Source: Thermomicrobiales bacterium (GTDB lineage Bacteria; Chloroflexota; Chloroflexia; Thermomicrobiales; UBA6265). From it: DNA of 64,000 nt. The notes beneath the pieces are model-generated. The model saw only the letters and a list, made by a program, of their open reading frames with translations, made no database searches and had not been told where the DNA came from. The translations under genes and the position numbers were made by a program. Positions 27,644-37,423 of the stretch are shown here, one piece after another. Every line of letters begins with the position of its first letter. The stretch's first letter is position 1. The stretch is from positions 22,555 to 86,554 of the forward strand of contig JAMLHR010000003.1 of the NCBI GenBank assembly GCA_023957015.1, in the 5' to 3' direction.

Positions 27644-28933
27644 TTACCCCTCCAGCAGCATCGTCTCCGGATCTTCCAGCAACTGCTTCACCTTCACCAG
27701 GAAGCGGACAGCCGTGCTGCCATCGACCACGCGATGGTCGTAGCTGAGCGCGATGTACATCATCGGACGAATCACGATCTCTCCATCGACCACAACCGGT
27801 CGCTGCTGGATCGTGTGCATACCGAGGATACCCACCTGCGGTGCATTCAGGATCGGAGTGCTGAGCAGGCTGCCATAAACACCACCATTGGTGATGGTGA
27901 AGCTGCCACCCTGCAGTTCCTCAAGCCCCAACTTGCCCTCACGAGCGCGACCAGCGAGCTCAACAATCGTCTGCTCGATCTGGGCGAAGCCCTTGCGGTC
28001 GGCATCGCGCACAACCGGCACGACCAGACCTTCTTCCACACCGACCGCGATACCGATGTCATAGAACTTCTTCACGATCAACGAATCGCCGTCAAGCTCG
28101 GAGTTCACATCCGGGAATGCCTTCAGCGCCCCCACTACGGCCTTGGTGAAGAAGCTCATGAAGCCGAGATTCACGCCGTGCGCATCCTTGAATGCGTCCT
28201 TTCGGCGTTTACGTACATCCATAATCGCCGTCATATCCACCTCATTGAAGGTGGTGAGCATGGCAGCGGTCTGCTGTGCTTCAACCAGACGCTTGGCGAT
28301 TGTCTGACGACGTCGGCTCAGGCGCACTCGCTCGGTGCGATTATCCGCAACCTCAACCGGTGCGCTCTTGCTGCTTGTCTGCGGCTGCGCAGCCGCAGGC
28401 ATCTGCTTCGGAGCGGCGCTCACAGCACTTGGTGGCGGAGCAGGCGCTGCTGGCACAGCGGGAGCAGCAGCTGTTGATCGCGCCATCATCACATCATCGC
28501 GAGTGATGCGCCCATCTGGACCGGTGCCTTTGATGGAGTAGAGGTCGATGCCGTGCTCCTCGGCCAGACGTTGCACAACCGGCGTGGCGCGGACACCAGG
28601 GCCACTGCCAGCTGTCTGCTGCTCGGGCTCGGGTGCGGCGTTTTCATTGATGGTGGGTTGTTCCTGCTTGCCCGTCTCCGGTGCTGGCGCAGCAGCACCC
28701 GGTTCGATCTCGGCCAGCGTCGCGCCAACTTCCACTACATCGCCCTCCTGGGCGATGATCTTGCTCAACACACCGTCCTGATCGGCGGTGACATCCAGAT
28801 TCACCTTATCGGTTTCGAGTTCCAGAATCGCCCCGCCGGTGGAAACGGGAATCGCCCTCTGCCTTCAGCCAGGCTCCACCACAGCATCGACAAGCGATTC
28901 ACCCAACGCCGGAACTTTCACAGTAATAGCCAT
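27644..28933 (-). pseudogene. sucB: 2-oxoglutarate dehydrogenase E2 (dihydrolipoyl succinyltransferase); lipoyl domain interrupted by a compensated -1/+1 indel pair that creates an in-frame TGA
   Basis: RBS caggagatcgggaacacgATG followed by [28 protein letters not shown] is then readable only in another frame (28873-28847). The original frame then resumes with [19 protein letters not shown], the E3-binding domain [17 protein letters not shown] and the catalytic motif SYDHRVVDG. The 1290-nt total is 3n, but TGA sits at 28865-28867. Confidence 0.9.
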
Positions 28934-29045
28934 CGTGTTCCCGATCTCCTGCACCCGTCAGTTAGCGCACCGCTTTCCGACCGCTCTCTTCATACTATCG
29001 GTGCTCGCGTCGATTTTCGAACACGAGCACCGTTTTCTTCAACTC

Positions 29046-31937
29046 TTAGTCGGCTGTCGCGACCGAGACGTCTTCCCGTCGAACCGGAACGTCCTCATCG
29101 CGGTGACCATTACGATCGACGGAATCGGCGGGCAACACATCGGCGAACGCAGCCGCAACGATGCGATCCTGATTCTCCTTGTGCTTCTCGGCGTAGCCTT
29201 CGGCTGGGCTCGCCTGCTCCGGTCGACCGATGTAGCGAACCGGAATCCGATCCTCCACCAGATCACGGAGCCGATACCCCATGTAGTTCCAGGCGCCCAT
29301 ATTGCGTGGTTCTTCCTGCAACCACACGATCTCGCGCAGGTTCGGATAGGTGCTGATCACTTCGTGCAGCGGTCCCTTTTGGAACGGTGCCAGCATTTCC
29401 ACACGTACAACCGCCACATTCTCGGAATCGCGAACCGGACTCTGCTCCAGATCGATCGAGACCTTACCGGTGCAGAGGATCAGGCGCGTGACGAGTTCCT
29501 TGCGGTTCTGTGCGCGGGGGTCATCGATCACCGGCTGGAAGCGACCCTCGGTGAGCTTGCTCACCGGGCTCGCGGCCAGTGGATTACGCAGCAGACTCTT
29601 CGGTGTGAAGATCACCAGCGGCCGCGGATCGGTCGTGAGCGTCTTGGCCTGGTAGCGCAGGAGATGGAAGTACTGGCCAGATGAGCTCACATTGGCGATA
29701 CGCATATTGTCTTCTGCAGCCAGCTGGAGGTAGCGCTCGGGGCGAGCATTGGAGTGCTCCGGACCCTGGCCCTCATAGCCATGTGGCAGCAGCAATACCA
29801 GGCTTGGCTTTTCGCCCCACTTGGAGCGAGCCGCAGCGATGAATTGATCGATAACCGTCTGGGCGCCGTTGGCGAAGTCGCCGAACTGACCCTCCCAGAG
29901 CACCAGCGTCTCTGGCGCATTCTGGTTGTAGCCGTATTCCCAGCCCATCACACCGTATTCGCTCAACGGACTGTTGTAGACCGTGAAGGAGACATTCACA
30001 CCGGGTACCTGGTACATCGGCGTGAATTCATCGCCGGTTTCGGCATCGTGCAGCACCAGGTGGCGATGGTTGAATGTGCCCCGCTGGCTGTCCTCACCGC
30101 TGAAGCGGATCGGTGTGCCATCCTGCAGGATTGAGGCGAAGGCGATGCTCTCGGCATGACCCCAGTCCAGCAATCCGCCCTCGCTACGCACGACCTGTGC
30201 TCGCTGCTGGAGCTGCCGACCCAGTTTGCGATTGGCCACGAATCCCTGTGGGAAGTCGTGAATGGCCTGGTCGATCTCGTCCAGCCGCTCCAGATTGATC
30301 TTTGTCTCGATCTCGTGGCTCGGCTGCATCGGCTCGATCCACTCCATCGGATAGGTGTCCTTGCCCTCGGTGATACCGCGACGAATAACCGCCAGCTCAT
30401 CGAAGACCTCTTTGTTCATCTTCTCGGCGTCGTCGAGCGCGATCACACCTTCATCCGCCAACTGCCTGGCGAAGACGGCGCGCACCGTCGGGTGCTTGGC
30501 GATCTTGGTGTAGGTGATCGGTTGGGTGTAGAGCGGTTCGTCGCCCTCGTTATGGCCGTAGCGACGGTAACCGACGCAATCGATCACGAAGTCCTTGTGG
30601 AACTTCTTGCGATAGGCCATGGCGAAGTGGATTGCGCTCAGGCAGCCAACCACATCGTCAGCATTGACGTGGATCACCGGGATCTCGAAGCCCTTGGCCG
30701 GATCGGCCGCATAGGTGGTGCTGCGTGAATCCGAAGGGAGTGTGGTGTAGCCGATATTGTTGTTCTCGATGATGTGGACGGTACCGCCGGTGGTGAAGCC
30801 CTTGAGGGCGTTCATATTCATCGTTTCGGCGTTGATACCGAGGCCGGCGAAGGCGGCATCACCATGCAACAGGATACCGACTGCGCGATCCGGATTCTGT
30901 ACCGCCGGACCGGCCTTGTCCCGGTCATCCTGGGCGGCACGGGTCATACCCATCACCACCGGGTTCACGGCTTCCAGGTGACTCGGATTCGGAGCCAGCA
31001 CGATCGGCACCGTCAGCTTCTCGCCGGTGATGGGGTGGCGCGTGAGACGCGCACCCATGTGGTACTTCACATCGCCAGAGCGCATCTCCTCCAGTTCCAG
31101 ATTGAATCCGGAGGGTGGCTGTGCTTCATCATGTCGATTCTCGAACTGGGCGATTAGATTGCCGTAGGGCCGATTCATGGTGTGAACCAGCACGTTCAGG
31201 CGACCGCGGTGGGCCATACCCAGTACGACCTCGCGGGCACCGTTCTCTGCGGCATCGTCGATGACCAGATCGAGCATCGGCACGATCATGTCAAGACCTT
31301 CGATGGAGAATCGCTTCACACCCGGATAGGTCTTGTGGATGAACTGCTCGAATCCCTCCACGCGGGTCAGGCGCTTGAGCACGCGTTTCTTCTGATCCAC
31401 ATTGAGGTCGTAGTCCCACTCGCCACTCTCGGCGGCAGCTTCCAGCCACTCGCGTTCTTCCGCGATCTGGACCTGATCGAAATCGAATCCCATACGGGTG
31501 GTGTAGCGATAGCGGAGTCGCGCCATGGCCTCGTAGGCATTGGCGGCACCCTCGGCGGCCTTGCCACCGACGGCTGATGCCGGGATCGCGCGCAGATCGT
31601 CATCGGTGAGACCGTAGCTGCTGTTCTCGATTTCCGGCGCACCGGGTGGCGGTGTTCCGATGGGATCGAGCGGTACGGCCAGGTGGCCATACTCGCGGAT
31701 ACCGGTGGCGAGCTGCACTGCGGCCACGATCTTTTCGATCATATCCTCGCGGGGAGCAACGGCCATCGCCGCTGGCTGGGAACTGCCGCTGGCGGCTGCC
31801 TCCAGAGATGCTGGATCGAAGGAACTGAAGAAGGTCTGAAACTCTGTGGATACAGAATTCGGATCGGCCACATAGCGGTCGTACTGTTCCAGGACGTACC
31901 CGGCGTTGGGTCCGTAGAAGGCGTTGAGGTCGCTCAT
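29046..31937 (-). CDS. sucA: 2-oxoglutarate dehydrogenase E1 component
   Basis: ~963-aa ORF. Start preferred at ggaaggaaccATG (MSDLNAFYGPNAGYVLEQYDRY). The ThDP region is LLHGDAAFAGLGINAETMNM. Length is typical of OGDH E1, and sucB lies immediately downstream. Confidence 0.95.
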   Translation of the reverse strand: MSDLNAFYGPNAGYVLEQYDRYVADPNSVSTEFQTFFSSFDPASLEAAASGSSQPAAMAVAPREDMIEKIVAAVQLATGIREYGHLAVPLDPIGTPPPGAPEIENSSYGLTDDDLRAIPASAVGGKAAEGAANAYEAMARLRYRYTTRMGFDFDQVQIAEEREWLEAAAESGEWDYDLNVDQKKRVLKRLTRVEGFEQFIHKTYPGVKRFSIEGLDMIVPMLDLVIDDAAENGAREVVLGMAHRGRLNVLVHTMNRPYGNLIAQFENRHDEAQPPSGFNLELEEMRSGDVKYHMGARLTRHPITGEKLTVPIVLAPNPSHLEAVNPVVMGMTRAAQDDRDKAGPAVQNPDRAVGILLHGDAAFAGLGINAETMNMNALKGFTTGGTVHIIENNNIGYTTLPSDSRSTTYAADPAKGFEIPVIHVNADDVVGCLSAIHFAMAYRKKFHKDFVIDCVGYRRYGHNEGDEPLYTQPITYTKIAKHPTVRAVFARQLADEGVIALDDAEKMNKEVFDELAVIRRGITEGKDTYPMEWIEPMQPSHEIETKINLERLDEIDQAIHDFPQGFVANRKLGRQLQQRAQVVRSEGGLLDWGHAESIAFASILQDGTPIRFSGEDSQRGTFNHRHLVLHDAETGDEFTPMYQVPGVNVSFTVYNSPLSEYGVMGWEYGYNQNAPETLVLWEGQFGDFANGAQTVIDQFIAAARSKWGEKPSLVLLLPHGYEGQGPEHSNARPERYLQLAAEDNMRIANVSSSGQYFHLLRYQAKTLTTDPRPLVIFTPKSLLRNPLAASPVSKLTEGRFQPVIDDPRAQNRKELVTRLILCTGKVSIDLEQSPVRDSENVAVVRVEMLAPFQKGPLHEVISTYPNLREIVWLQEEPRNMGAWNYMGYRLRDLVEDRIPVRYIGRPEQASPAEGYAEKHKENQDRIVAAAFADVLPADSVDRNGHRDEDVPVRREDVSVATAD

Positions 31938-32097
31938 GGTTCCTTCCATAAAGGTTTCGCCTCGTACAGCAGTGACCGCACGAGGCCGAGAGGCAGCACC
32001 CGGTCAGACGCCCGAGTGAAGAGGGGAATGCACCCTCAATATCTACGCTCAATCATATCACGGAGTTGTGATACATACACACCAGATTCCTAATTAC

Positions 32098-32117
32098 AAT
32101 CGGGAAGATTCCCGATT
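32098..32117. promoter_or_regulatory. perfect 9-bp inverted repeat (AATCGGGAA-ga-TTCCCGATT), candidate operator in the divergent sucA / ABC-importer control region
   Basis: Read directly. It lies in an AT-richer ~500-nt divergent intergenic region. Confidence 0.3.
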
Positions 32118-32445
32118 CTCACGGTGATTGTTCAGGTTGTCACAATGTTTGTGCGTAACAAACTAATCATCATCAGAAGGTGATAACGACAAGGTTTGTT
32201 GTGTTTGTACGTTGTTGGCGAAATTAACGTGTTTGGGTGCTCTTGGGCATCTCCCTGGAGTGGGGAGATCGTGCAGGACGGACGTATCGAAATTGCCCGA
32301 AATCCGGGGCGTTTGCTATAATTCCGGCATACTTCAATGATGAATGTATGCAGACGACAGTGTTCCGACTTCGCATTGTGCGAGGCCCCGTTGGGGATGG
32401 ACTGAGGCCCGTCACCTTGGCGAGCCACGAGGAAAGGTTGTTTCC

Positions 32446-34005
32446 GTGAAGAATGCTATTTCCCGCCGCCGACTTACCCAATTGGCGGCATCGCTGCCGG
32501 TTTCCTACAGCATGCTGGCAGGCATGAACGCGATGGGCGCGCTCTCCGTTTCGGCGCAGGGCAACACCGTCGATAGCGTTGCCCTCGGTGTTGGTTCCGA
32601 TCCGCTCACCCTCATCGGTAACCATATCGTCGATGGCCCGACCGGTGTCATTACCTACCATCTACACGATGCCGCCATCATCCGCAACAAGGATGATGAG
32701 TTCCGTTACCAGCCATGGCTGTGTGAGCTCACCAATATCGATGACCTCACCTGGCATCTGACTCTGGTTCAGGAAGGCGTCACTTTCAGCAGCGGTAATC
32801 CCCTGACGATTCAGGATTTCATGACCGCGTTCGAGTTCGCCGCCAATCCGGATAACAACAGTCACTATCTGGAGCGCTGGAAGCCATTCACCGGTTTGGC
32901 AGTGATCGATGACAAGACCATCGAGATCACAACCGAGAATCCATTCCCGCTGGCTCACGACCGCATCGCCGAGGTCTATCCCATGGACACGGCCAAGATC
33001 GAAGAGGTCGGTCTTGAGGAGTACATGAAGAACCCATCGGGTACCGGTCCATACACCGTCAAGGAGTGGGTCCGTAACGAATACATCACCCTCTCCGCTC
33101 GTGAAGATTACTGGGCAGGGGATGTCCTTATTAAGGAAGTACAGTTCCGCACCATGCCGGAGTTTGCGACCCGACTTGCCGCCCTGCTGGCTGGCGAGCT
33201 CGCGATCGTGAAGGATGTGCCCGTTGATTCCTTCCAGACGGTTGAGGATAGCGGTCTGGCTAGCATCAAGTCGATTCCGTCCTCCCGTGTTAACTATGTC
33301 GCTCTGGTGACCAACCGTGAGGACAGCGTCTTCTTCGACAATCAGGCACTCCGTCAGGCGATTAATCACGCCGTGGATGTCGATGGGATCATCGCCGGTA
33401 TCTTCCAGGATCATGCCACCCGCATGGCCGGTTGCCTTTCGGAACTGAATCCGGAGCGTCTAACCTCGCTCGTGCCATACGAGTACAATCCGGACCGCGC
33501 TCGCGAACTGCTGGCCGAGGCTGGCTACGCCGATGGCCTGGAAATCACCATGGATGCACCGCAAGGTCGTTACCCGATGGACGCCGATGCGGCGATGGCG
33601 ATCGCAGCCTCGCTGGGCGAGGTCGGTATCACCGTCAACGTGCAGTACAACGAGTGGGGCACCCACCTGGACAAGATCGTGAACCGCCAGACCGGCGATA
33701 TGTTCTATCTCGGTTGGGGTCCCGCGCTTGATGCCTTTGGTACCATCGCCTATCTCTTCGTTGGTGATTCCACCTACAGTGGATTCGGCGATGCTGCTCT
33801 GGAGGAGAAGATCTCCGCCGCCAGCGCCACGGTGAACGCCGATGAGCGCCGGGCGCAGTGGGATGTGATCCAGCAGGAGATCTACGATCAGGCTGGTTGG
33901 CTCTTCCTGTGGCAGCAGCACGATAGCTACGGTATCTCCAACGATATCGTGTGGGAGCCACGCGCAGACGAGCGATTGTGGATGTTTGAGGCCAGCGGTG
34001 CCTAA
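32446..34005 (+). CDS. ABC transporter substrate-binding protein, family 5 (peptide/nickel/opine type)
   Basis: Start chosen at gaggaaaggttgtttccGTG, giving the Tat-like signal VKNAISRRRLTQLAASLP...SAQG. Length (~519 aa) and motifs (PYTVKEWVRNEYITLSAREDYW, YNPDRARELLAEAGY) are typical of DppA/OppA-like SBPs. Confidence 0.9.
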   Translation: MKNAISRRRLTQLAASLPVSYSMLAGMNAMGALSVSAQGNTVDSVALGVGSDPLTLIGNHIVDGPTGVITYHLHDAAIIRNKDDEFRYQPWLCELTNIDDLTWHLTLVQEGVTFSSGNPLTIQDFMTAFEFAANPDNNSHYLERWKPFTGLAVIDDKTIEITTENPFPLAHDRIAEVYPMDTAKIEEVGLEEYMKNPSGTGPYTVKEWVRNEYITLSAREDYWAGDVLIKEVQFRTMPEFATRLAALLAGELAIVKDVPVDSFQTVEDSGLASIKSIPSSRVNYVALVTNREDSVFFDNQALRQAINHAVDVDGIIAGIFQDHATRMAGCLSELNPERLTSLVPYEYNPDRARELLAEAGYADGLEITMDAPQGRYPMDADAAMAIAASLGEVGITVNVQYNEWGTHLDKIVNRQTGDMFYLGWGPALDAFGTIAYLFVGDSTYSGFGDAALEEKISAASATVNADERRAQWDVIQQEIYDQAGWLFLWQQHDSYGISNDIVWEPRADERLWMFEASGA

Positions 34006-34033
34006 CCCGCTAATCTGATTCGTTGGCATTGAT

Positions 34034-34073
34034 GGACCGGCGGGAGGAGAGCGATGCTCACTTCCGCCGGACC
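34034..34073 (+). other. intercistronic stem-loop after the SBP gene
   Basis: CCGGCGG (34037-34043) pairs with CCGCCGG (34064-34070). It lies 30 nt after the SBP stop and before the permease genes. Confidence 0.35.
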
Positions 34074-34149
34074 GTCCCGGGGCAGATAGACAGCCAGCGA
34101 GTTACCAGCCAAAAACCTCTTCATCAGCGATCTATCCGGGGGGAGACAT

Positions 34150-35067
34150 GTGAAGCGATACGTTATAGGTCGCATATTCTCGGGTATCCTCGTCATCTTC
34201 CTGGCGTTGACAGCTGTCTTCTTCATGTTGCGGTTGTCGGGTGATCCCGTTCTGCTCTTCGCACCGATGGACACATCCAGACAGGATATGGATGCGATTC
34301 GGGAGCGCATGGGATTCAACGATCCCGTTCTGGTGCAGTACGGAAGATTCATGCAGGATGCTGTTCGCGGGGACTTCGGTGACTCATCCCGAGAACGCCG
34401 GCCAGCTATGGAAGTTGTAATCGAGCGCCTACCCGCCACCGTTCTCCTTGGCACCATTGCGTTGGTCTTGGCGATCGCCATTGGTGTGCCACTCGGTATT
34501 CTCTCGGCGGTGAAACACGGATCAATTTGGGATAAACTCGCCCGGCTGTTATCGGTGCTTGGTCAGGCCATCCCCAGTTTCTGGCTTGGTGTGATTCTGA
34601 TCATGTTCTTCTCCGTGCGACTCGGGTGGTTACCTACCAGTGGTCGTGGTGGCTGGGAGCATCTCATCATGCCAGCGATCACGCTCTCCGCATTTAGCAT
34701 GGCGCGGTATGCCCGCCTGACGCGCTCCACGTTTATCGATGTCCTGGGGCAGGACTATATCCGCACCGCTCGCGCCAAAGGATTGACGCAGAGCATCATC
34801 CTGCAACGGCATGCGTTCAAGAATGCCAGTGTGTCGCTCATTACGATGACGGCGCTGGAGATCGGCAACCTCATCGCAGGTGCCGTTGTGGTGGAGCAGG
34901 TCTTTGCCTGGCCCGGTATGGGCCGCATGATGGTGCAGTCGTTGCTCAATCGCGATTTCGCTGTGGTTACTGCGGCGGTGGTGCTCTTTGCGGCGATGTA
35001 TACAACCTGCAACATCATTGCGGATCTCGCCTATGGTTGGGTCAATCCAACAGTGAGGTTGAACTAA
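34150..35067 (+). CDS. ABC transporter permease (DppB/OppB-like)
   Basis: 305-aa ORF with 6 TM helices and the EAA-loop motif QDYIRTARAKGL. Confidence 0.9.
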   Translation: MKRYVIGRIFSGILVIFLALTAVFFMLRLSGDPVLLFAPMDTSRQDMDAIRERMGFNDPVLVQYGRFMQDAVRGDFGDSSRERRPAMEVVIERLPATVLLGTIALVLAIAIGVPLGILSAVKHGSIWDKLARLLSVLGQAIPSFWLGVILIMFFSVRLGWLPTSGRGGWEHLIMPAITLSAFSMARYARLTRSTFIDVLGQDYIRTARAKGLTQSIILQRHAFKNASVSLITMTALEIGNLIAGAVVVEQVFAWPGMGRMMVQSLLNRDFAVVTAAVVLFAAMYTTCNIIADLAYGWVNPTVRLN

Positions 35068-35960
35068 TGGCCGCATCAGCCACTGTTGACAGAAACGACA
35101 TCACCAAGGTCGCCAAACCGACGCTCCGGCGGCGTTTGCGACCACTTCTCAAGGACAAATGGGCGACGGTGGCGGTGATCTTCCTGATCGCTGTTGTGCT
35201 GATGGCCATCTTTGCCGATATGCTCGTCCCGGATAATATCAACAGCCCGAACTTCGGAGCGCGTCTCCTGCCACCGATGACCGATGGCCATATCGCCGGT
35301 ACCGATCAACTTGGTCGCGACGTCTTTGGTCGGCTCATTCTTGGTTCGCGGGTATCCATTGTTGTTGGCTTTGGCACGGTGTTCTTTGCGTTGCTTATCG
35401 GTATTCCCATTGGTATGATGGCTGGCTACTTCGGTGGCTGGTTCGATGCCATTCTCATGCGATTGGTGGATGTGCAGCTCTCGTTCCCGTTCATCCTGTT
35501 GGCGCTAACCATCAATGCCATCATGGGATTGGGTCTGAAGAATATCCTGATTACGCTCGTGATTGTGGGCTGGATCGAGTACGCCCGTATTGCTCGTGGT
35601 GAGACGTTGATCGTGCGGGAACGAGAGTTCATTCAGGCCGCGCACCTCATCGGTTCGCGGGAGTGGGTCATTCTGCTGCGTCACATTCTCCCGAATATCA
35701 CCACACCATTGATCGTTATCGGCACACTGCAGGTGGCGCGATTCATCATCGCCGAGGCTAGCATCAGCTTCCTCGGATTCGGTGTGCAGCCACCCACACC
35801 CGCCTGGGGAAGTATGGTGAGCGATGGCCTCAAGTTCATCCTCTCGGCCTGGTGGCTGATTACTTTCCCGGGTCTGGCCCTGGCCCTGGTTGCTCTGGCC
35901 GTGAATATCACCGGAGACTGGTTGCGGGATACGCTCGATCCCCGTATCCGCAATCGCTAA
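35067..35960 (+). CDS. ABC transporter permease (DppC/OppC-like)
   Basis: Start at gaggttgaactaATG. Contains the EAA-loop motif REFIQAAHLIGS and the typical C-terminus GDWLRDTLDPR. Confidence 0.9.
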   Translation: MAASATVDRNDITKVAKPTLRRRLRPLLKDKWATVAVIFLIAVVLMAIFADMLVPDNINSPNFGARLLPPMTDGHIAGTDQLGRDVFGRLILGSRVSIVVGFGTVFFALLIGIPIGMMAGYFGGWFDAILMRLVDVQLSFPFILLALTINAIMGLGLKNILITLVIVGWIEYARIARGETLIVREREFIQAAHLIGSREWVILLRHILPNITTPLIVIGTLQVARFIIAEASISFLGFGVQPPTPAWGSMVSDGLKFILSAWWLITFPGLALALVALAVNITGDWLRDTLDPRIRNR

Positions 35961-36062
35961 TGAGTTCTTGTCAGGATACGTATTCGCTCGTACCGTGATA
36001 CCAGTGTTGGATATATCGCAGTGATGCGCGCTGCTCGGTCACTGTGGCAGAAGGAGACTTAG

Positions 36063-37253
36063 ATGGCATTCGTACCGCAGTCCGTTTTCGCCGATCGTGC
36101 CGTTCGGATTCAGGCCTGGCTGGAAGCTCAGGACTACAACGCGCTGATCGTGACCACACCGCTCAACTTCTATATGGTGACGGGTTTTCATTTGGATGTG
36201 GAACCGTGGGAGCGCCCGGTGGCAGCGGTGTTCCCGCGCGGTGCCGAGCCATTCCTGGTGATGAACGAGCTCAGCACCAATCACCTCAAGTTCGCTGAGA
36301 ACCGGGATACGTTGTTCGTCCGCGATTACACCATCTATCAGGAGCATCAAACGACCTACAACCGCACCTTCACGCGCGATCAGTTCGGCGCGATTGTTGC
36401 CGATCGGCTGGCCGAGCGCGGTGTCAGCCGCGGCACGATTGCTGTTGAAGGCGGACCTCATCCGCTGATGCAGATCGCGATGCCGCAGATCAGCTGGGCC
36501 AACGCCACCCGATTCCTGGTGGATATGCGTGGTGTGAAGTACCCGGAAGAGCTCGCGATCATGCGCGATGCCGCCCTGCTAACCGATTGGGGGCAGGACA
36601 AGTACATGGAACTCCTGAAGCCGGGTCGAAATGTGAAGGCATTCGACTTCGAGATTGCCATGCATATGATGGAAGAAGGTGCTCGCCGCTTCCCGAACGA
36701 GAAGGTAGAGGTTCGTCTCTTCTCCTCCGGTGGTAGTTGGTCATCGGCACCGCACGGATCGGGTGCTGAGGCCGCCGAAGCCTTTGAGGTTGGCACCAGT
36801 GTCGTCAATATCATCATTGTGCGGCTGAACGGGTTGGTGGTTGAGAACGAGCGCACCTTGTTCGTGGGTCAGCCGAAATCCGATGTGCAAATTCGGGCGT
36901 TCAATGCTGCCACGGCCGCCTGCGAGGCTGCCGCCGCCCAGATGATTGCCGGTAATCCCGTCTCCAGTGCCGATGCCGCTGCCCAACGTGCCTATGAGGA
37001 TGCCGGTTTCGGGGAGTACATCAATCACCGTACCGGTCACGGACTCGGTATTGGCGGTCACGAGTTCCCGGAGGATATGCCGTTCCTGCATCGCCCATTT
37101 AAGGAGAACGAAGTGTTCTCCTCCGAGCCGGGTATCTACATCTACGGTGTGGGTGGGTTCCGGCATGACGATACCGTCATCGTTGGCAAGGACGCACCGG
37201 AGATCATCACCAAGAGATCGAAGACGCTTGAGGATCAGATCGTCCCGGTCTAG
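36063..37253 (+). CDS. M24-family (Xaa-Pro dipeptidase / creatinase fold) protein with atypical metal-ligand positions
   Basis: 396-aa ORF with RBS aaggagacttagATG and a creatinase/prolidase N-domain. Pita-bread motifs HRTGHGLGIGGHEFP and VFSSEPGIYIYG are present. The region expected to carry the two Asp ligands reads VVNIIIVRLNGLVVENERT. Confidence 0.8.
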   Translation: MAFVPQSVFADRAVRIQAWLEAQDYNALIVTTPLNFYMVTGFHLDVEPWERPVAAVFPRGAEPFLVMNELSTNHLKFAENRDTLFVRDYTIYQEHQTTYNRTFTRDQFGAIVADRLAERGVSRGTIAVEGGPHPLMQIAMPQISWANATRFLVDMRGVKYPEELAIMRDAALLTDWGQDKYMELLKPGRNVKAFDFEIAMHMMEEGARRFPNEKVEVRLFSSGGSWSSAPHGSGAEAAEAFEVGTSVVNIIIVRLNGLVVENERTLFVGQPKSDVQIRAFNAATAACEAAAAQMIAGNPVSSADAAAQRAYEDAGFGEYINHRTGHGLGIGGHEFPEDMPFLHRPFKENEVFSSEPGIYIYGVGGFRHDDTVIVGKDAPEIITKRSKTLEDQIVPV

Positions 37254-37273
37254 CGTCGCCCAGGACCTGTGAA

Positions 37274-37303
37274 GAATGCGGAGGCACGCGTGTCTCCGCA
37301 TTC
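37274..37303 (+). terminator. intrinsic-terminator-like hairpin after the M24 gene
   Basis: GAATGCGGAG-gcacgcgtgt-CTCCGCATTC, a 10-bp perfect stem 20 nt after the stop. The T-tract is weak. Confidence 0.55.
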
Positions 37304-37423
37304 GGCGTTGGTGCCGTGAAGGGGTAGGCGCACTCGTATTGTGGGTAGCGGGGGTGGATGCTACCATTTCGTCGGTGTTCGCCCCTGCGGACCGCCGGTA
37401 CCCACTTCCCGATACGAGATCCG

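Noticed and set aside
37254-37423. Guanidine (ykkC-type) riboswitch upstream of the MFS-ureohydrolase unit
   Set aside because: No conserved ykkC core (for example the GGGA...ACACGG-type elements) could be found. The main structure is a plain terminator hairpin for the upstream gene.
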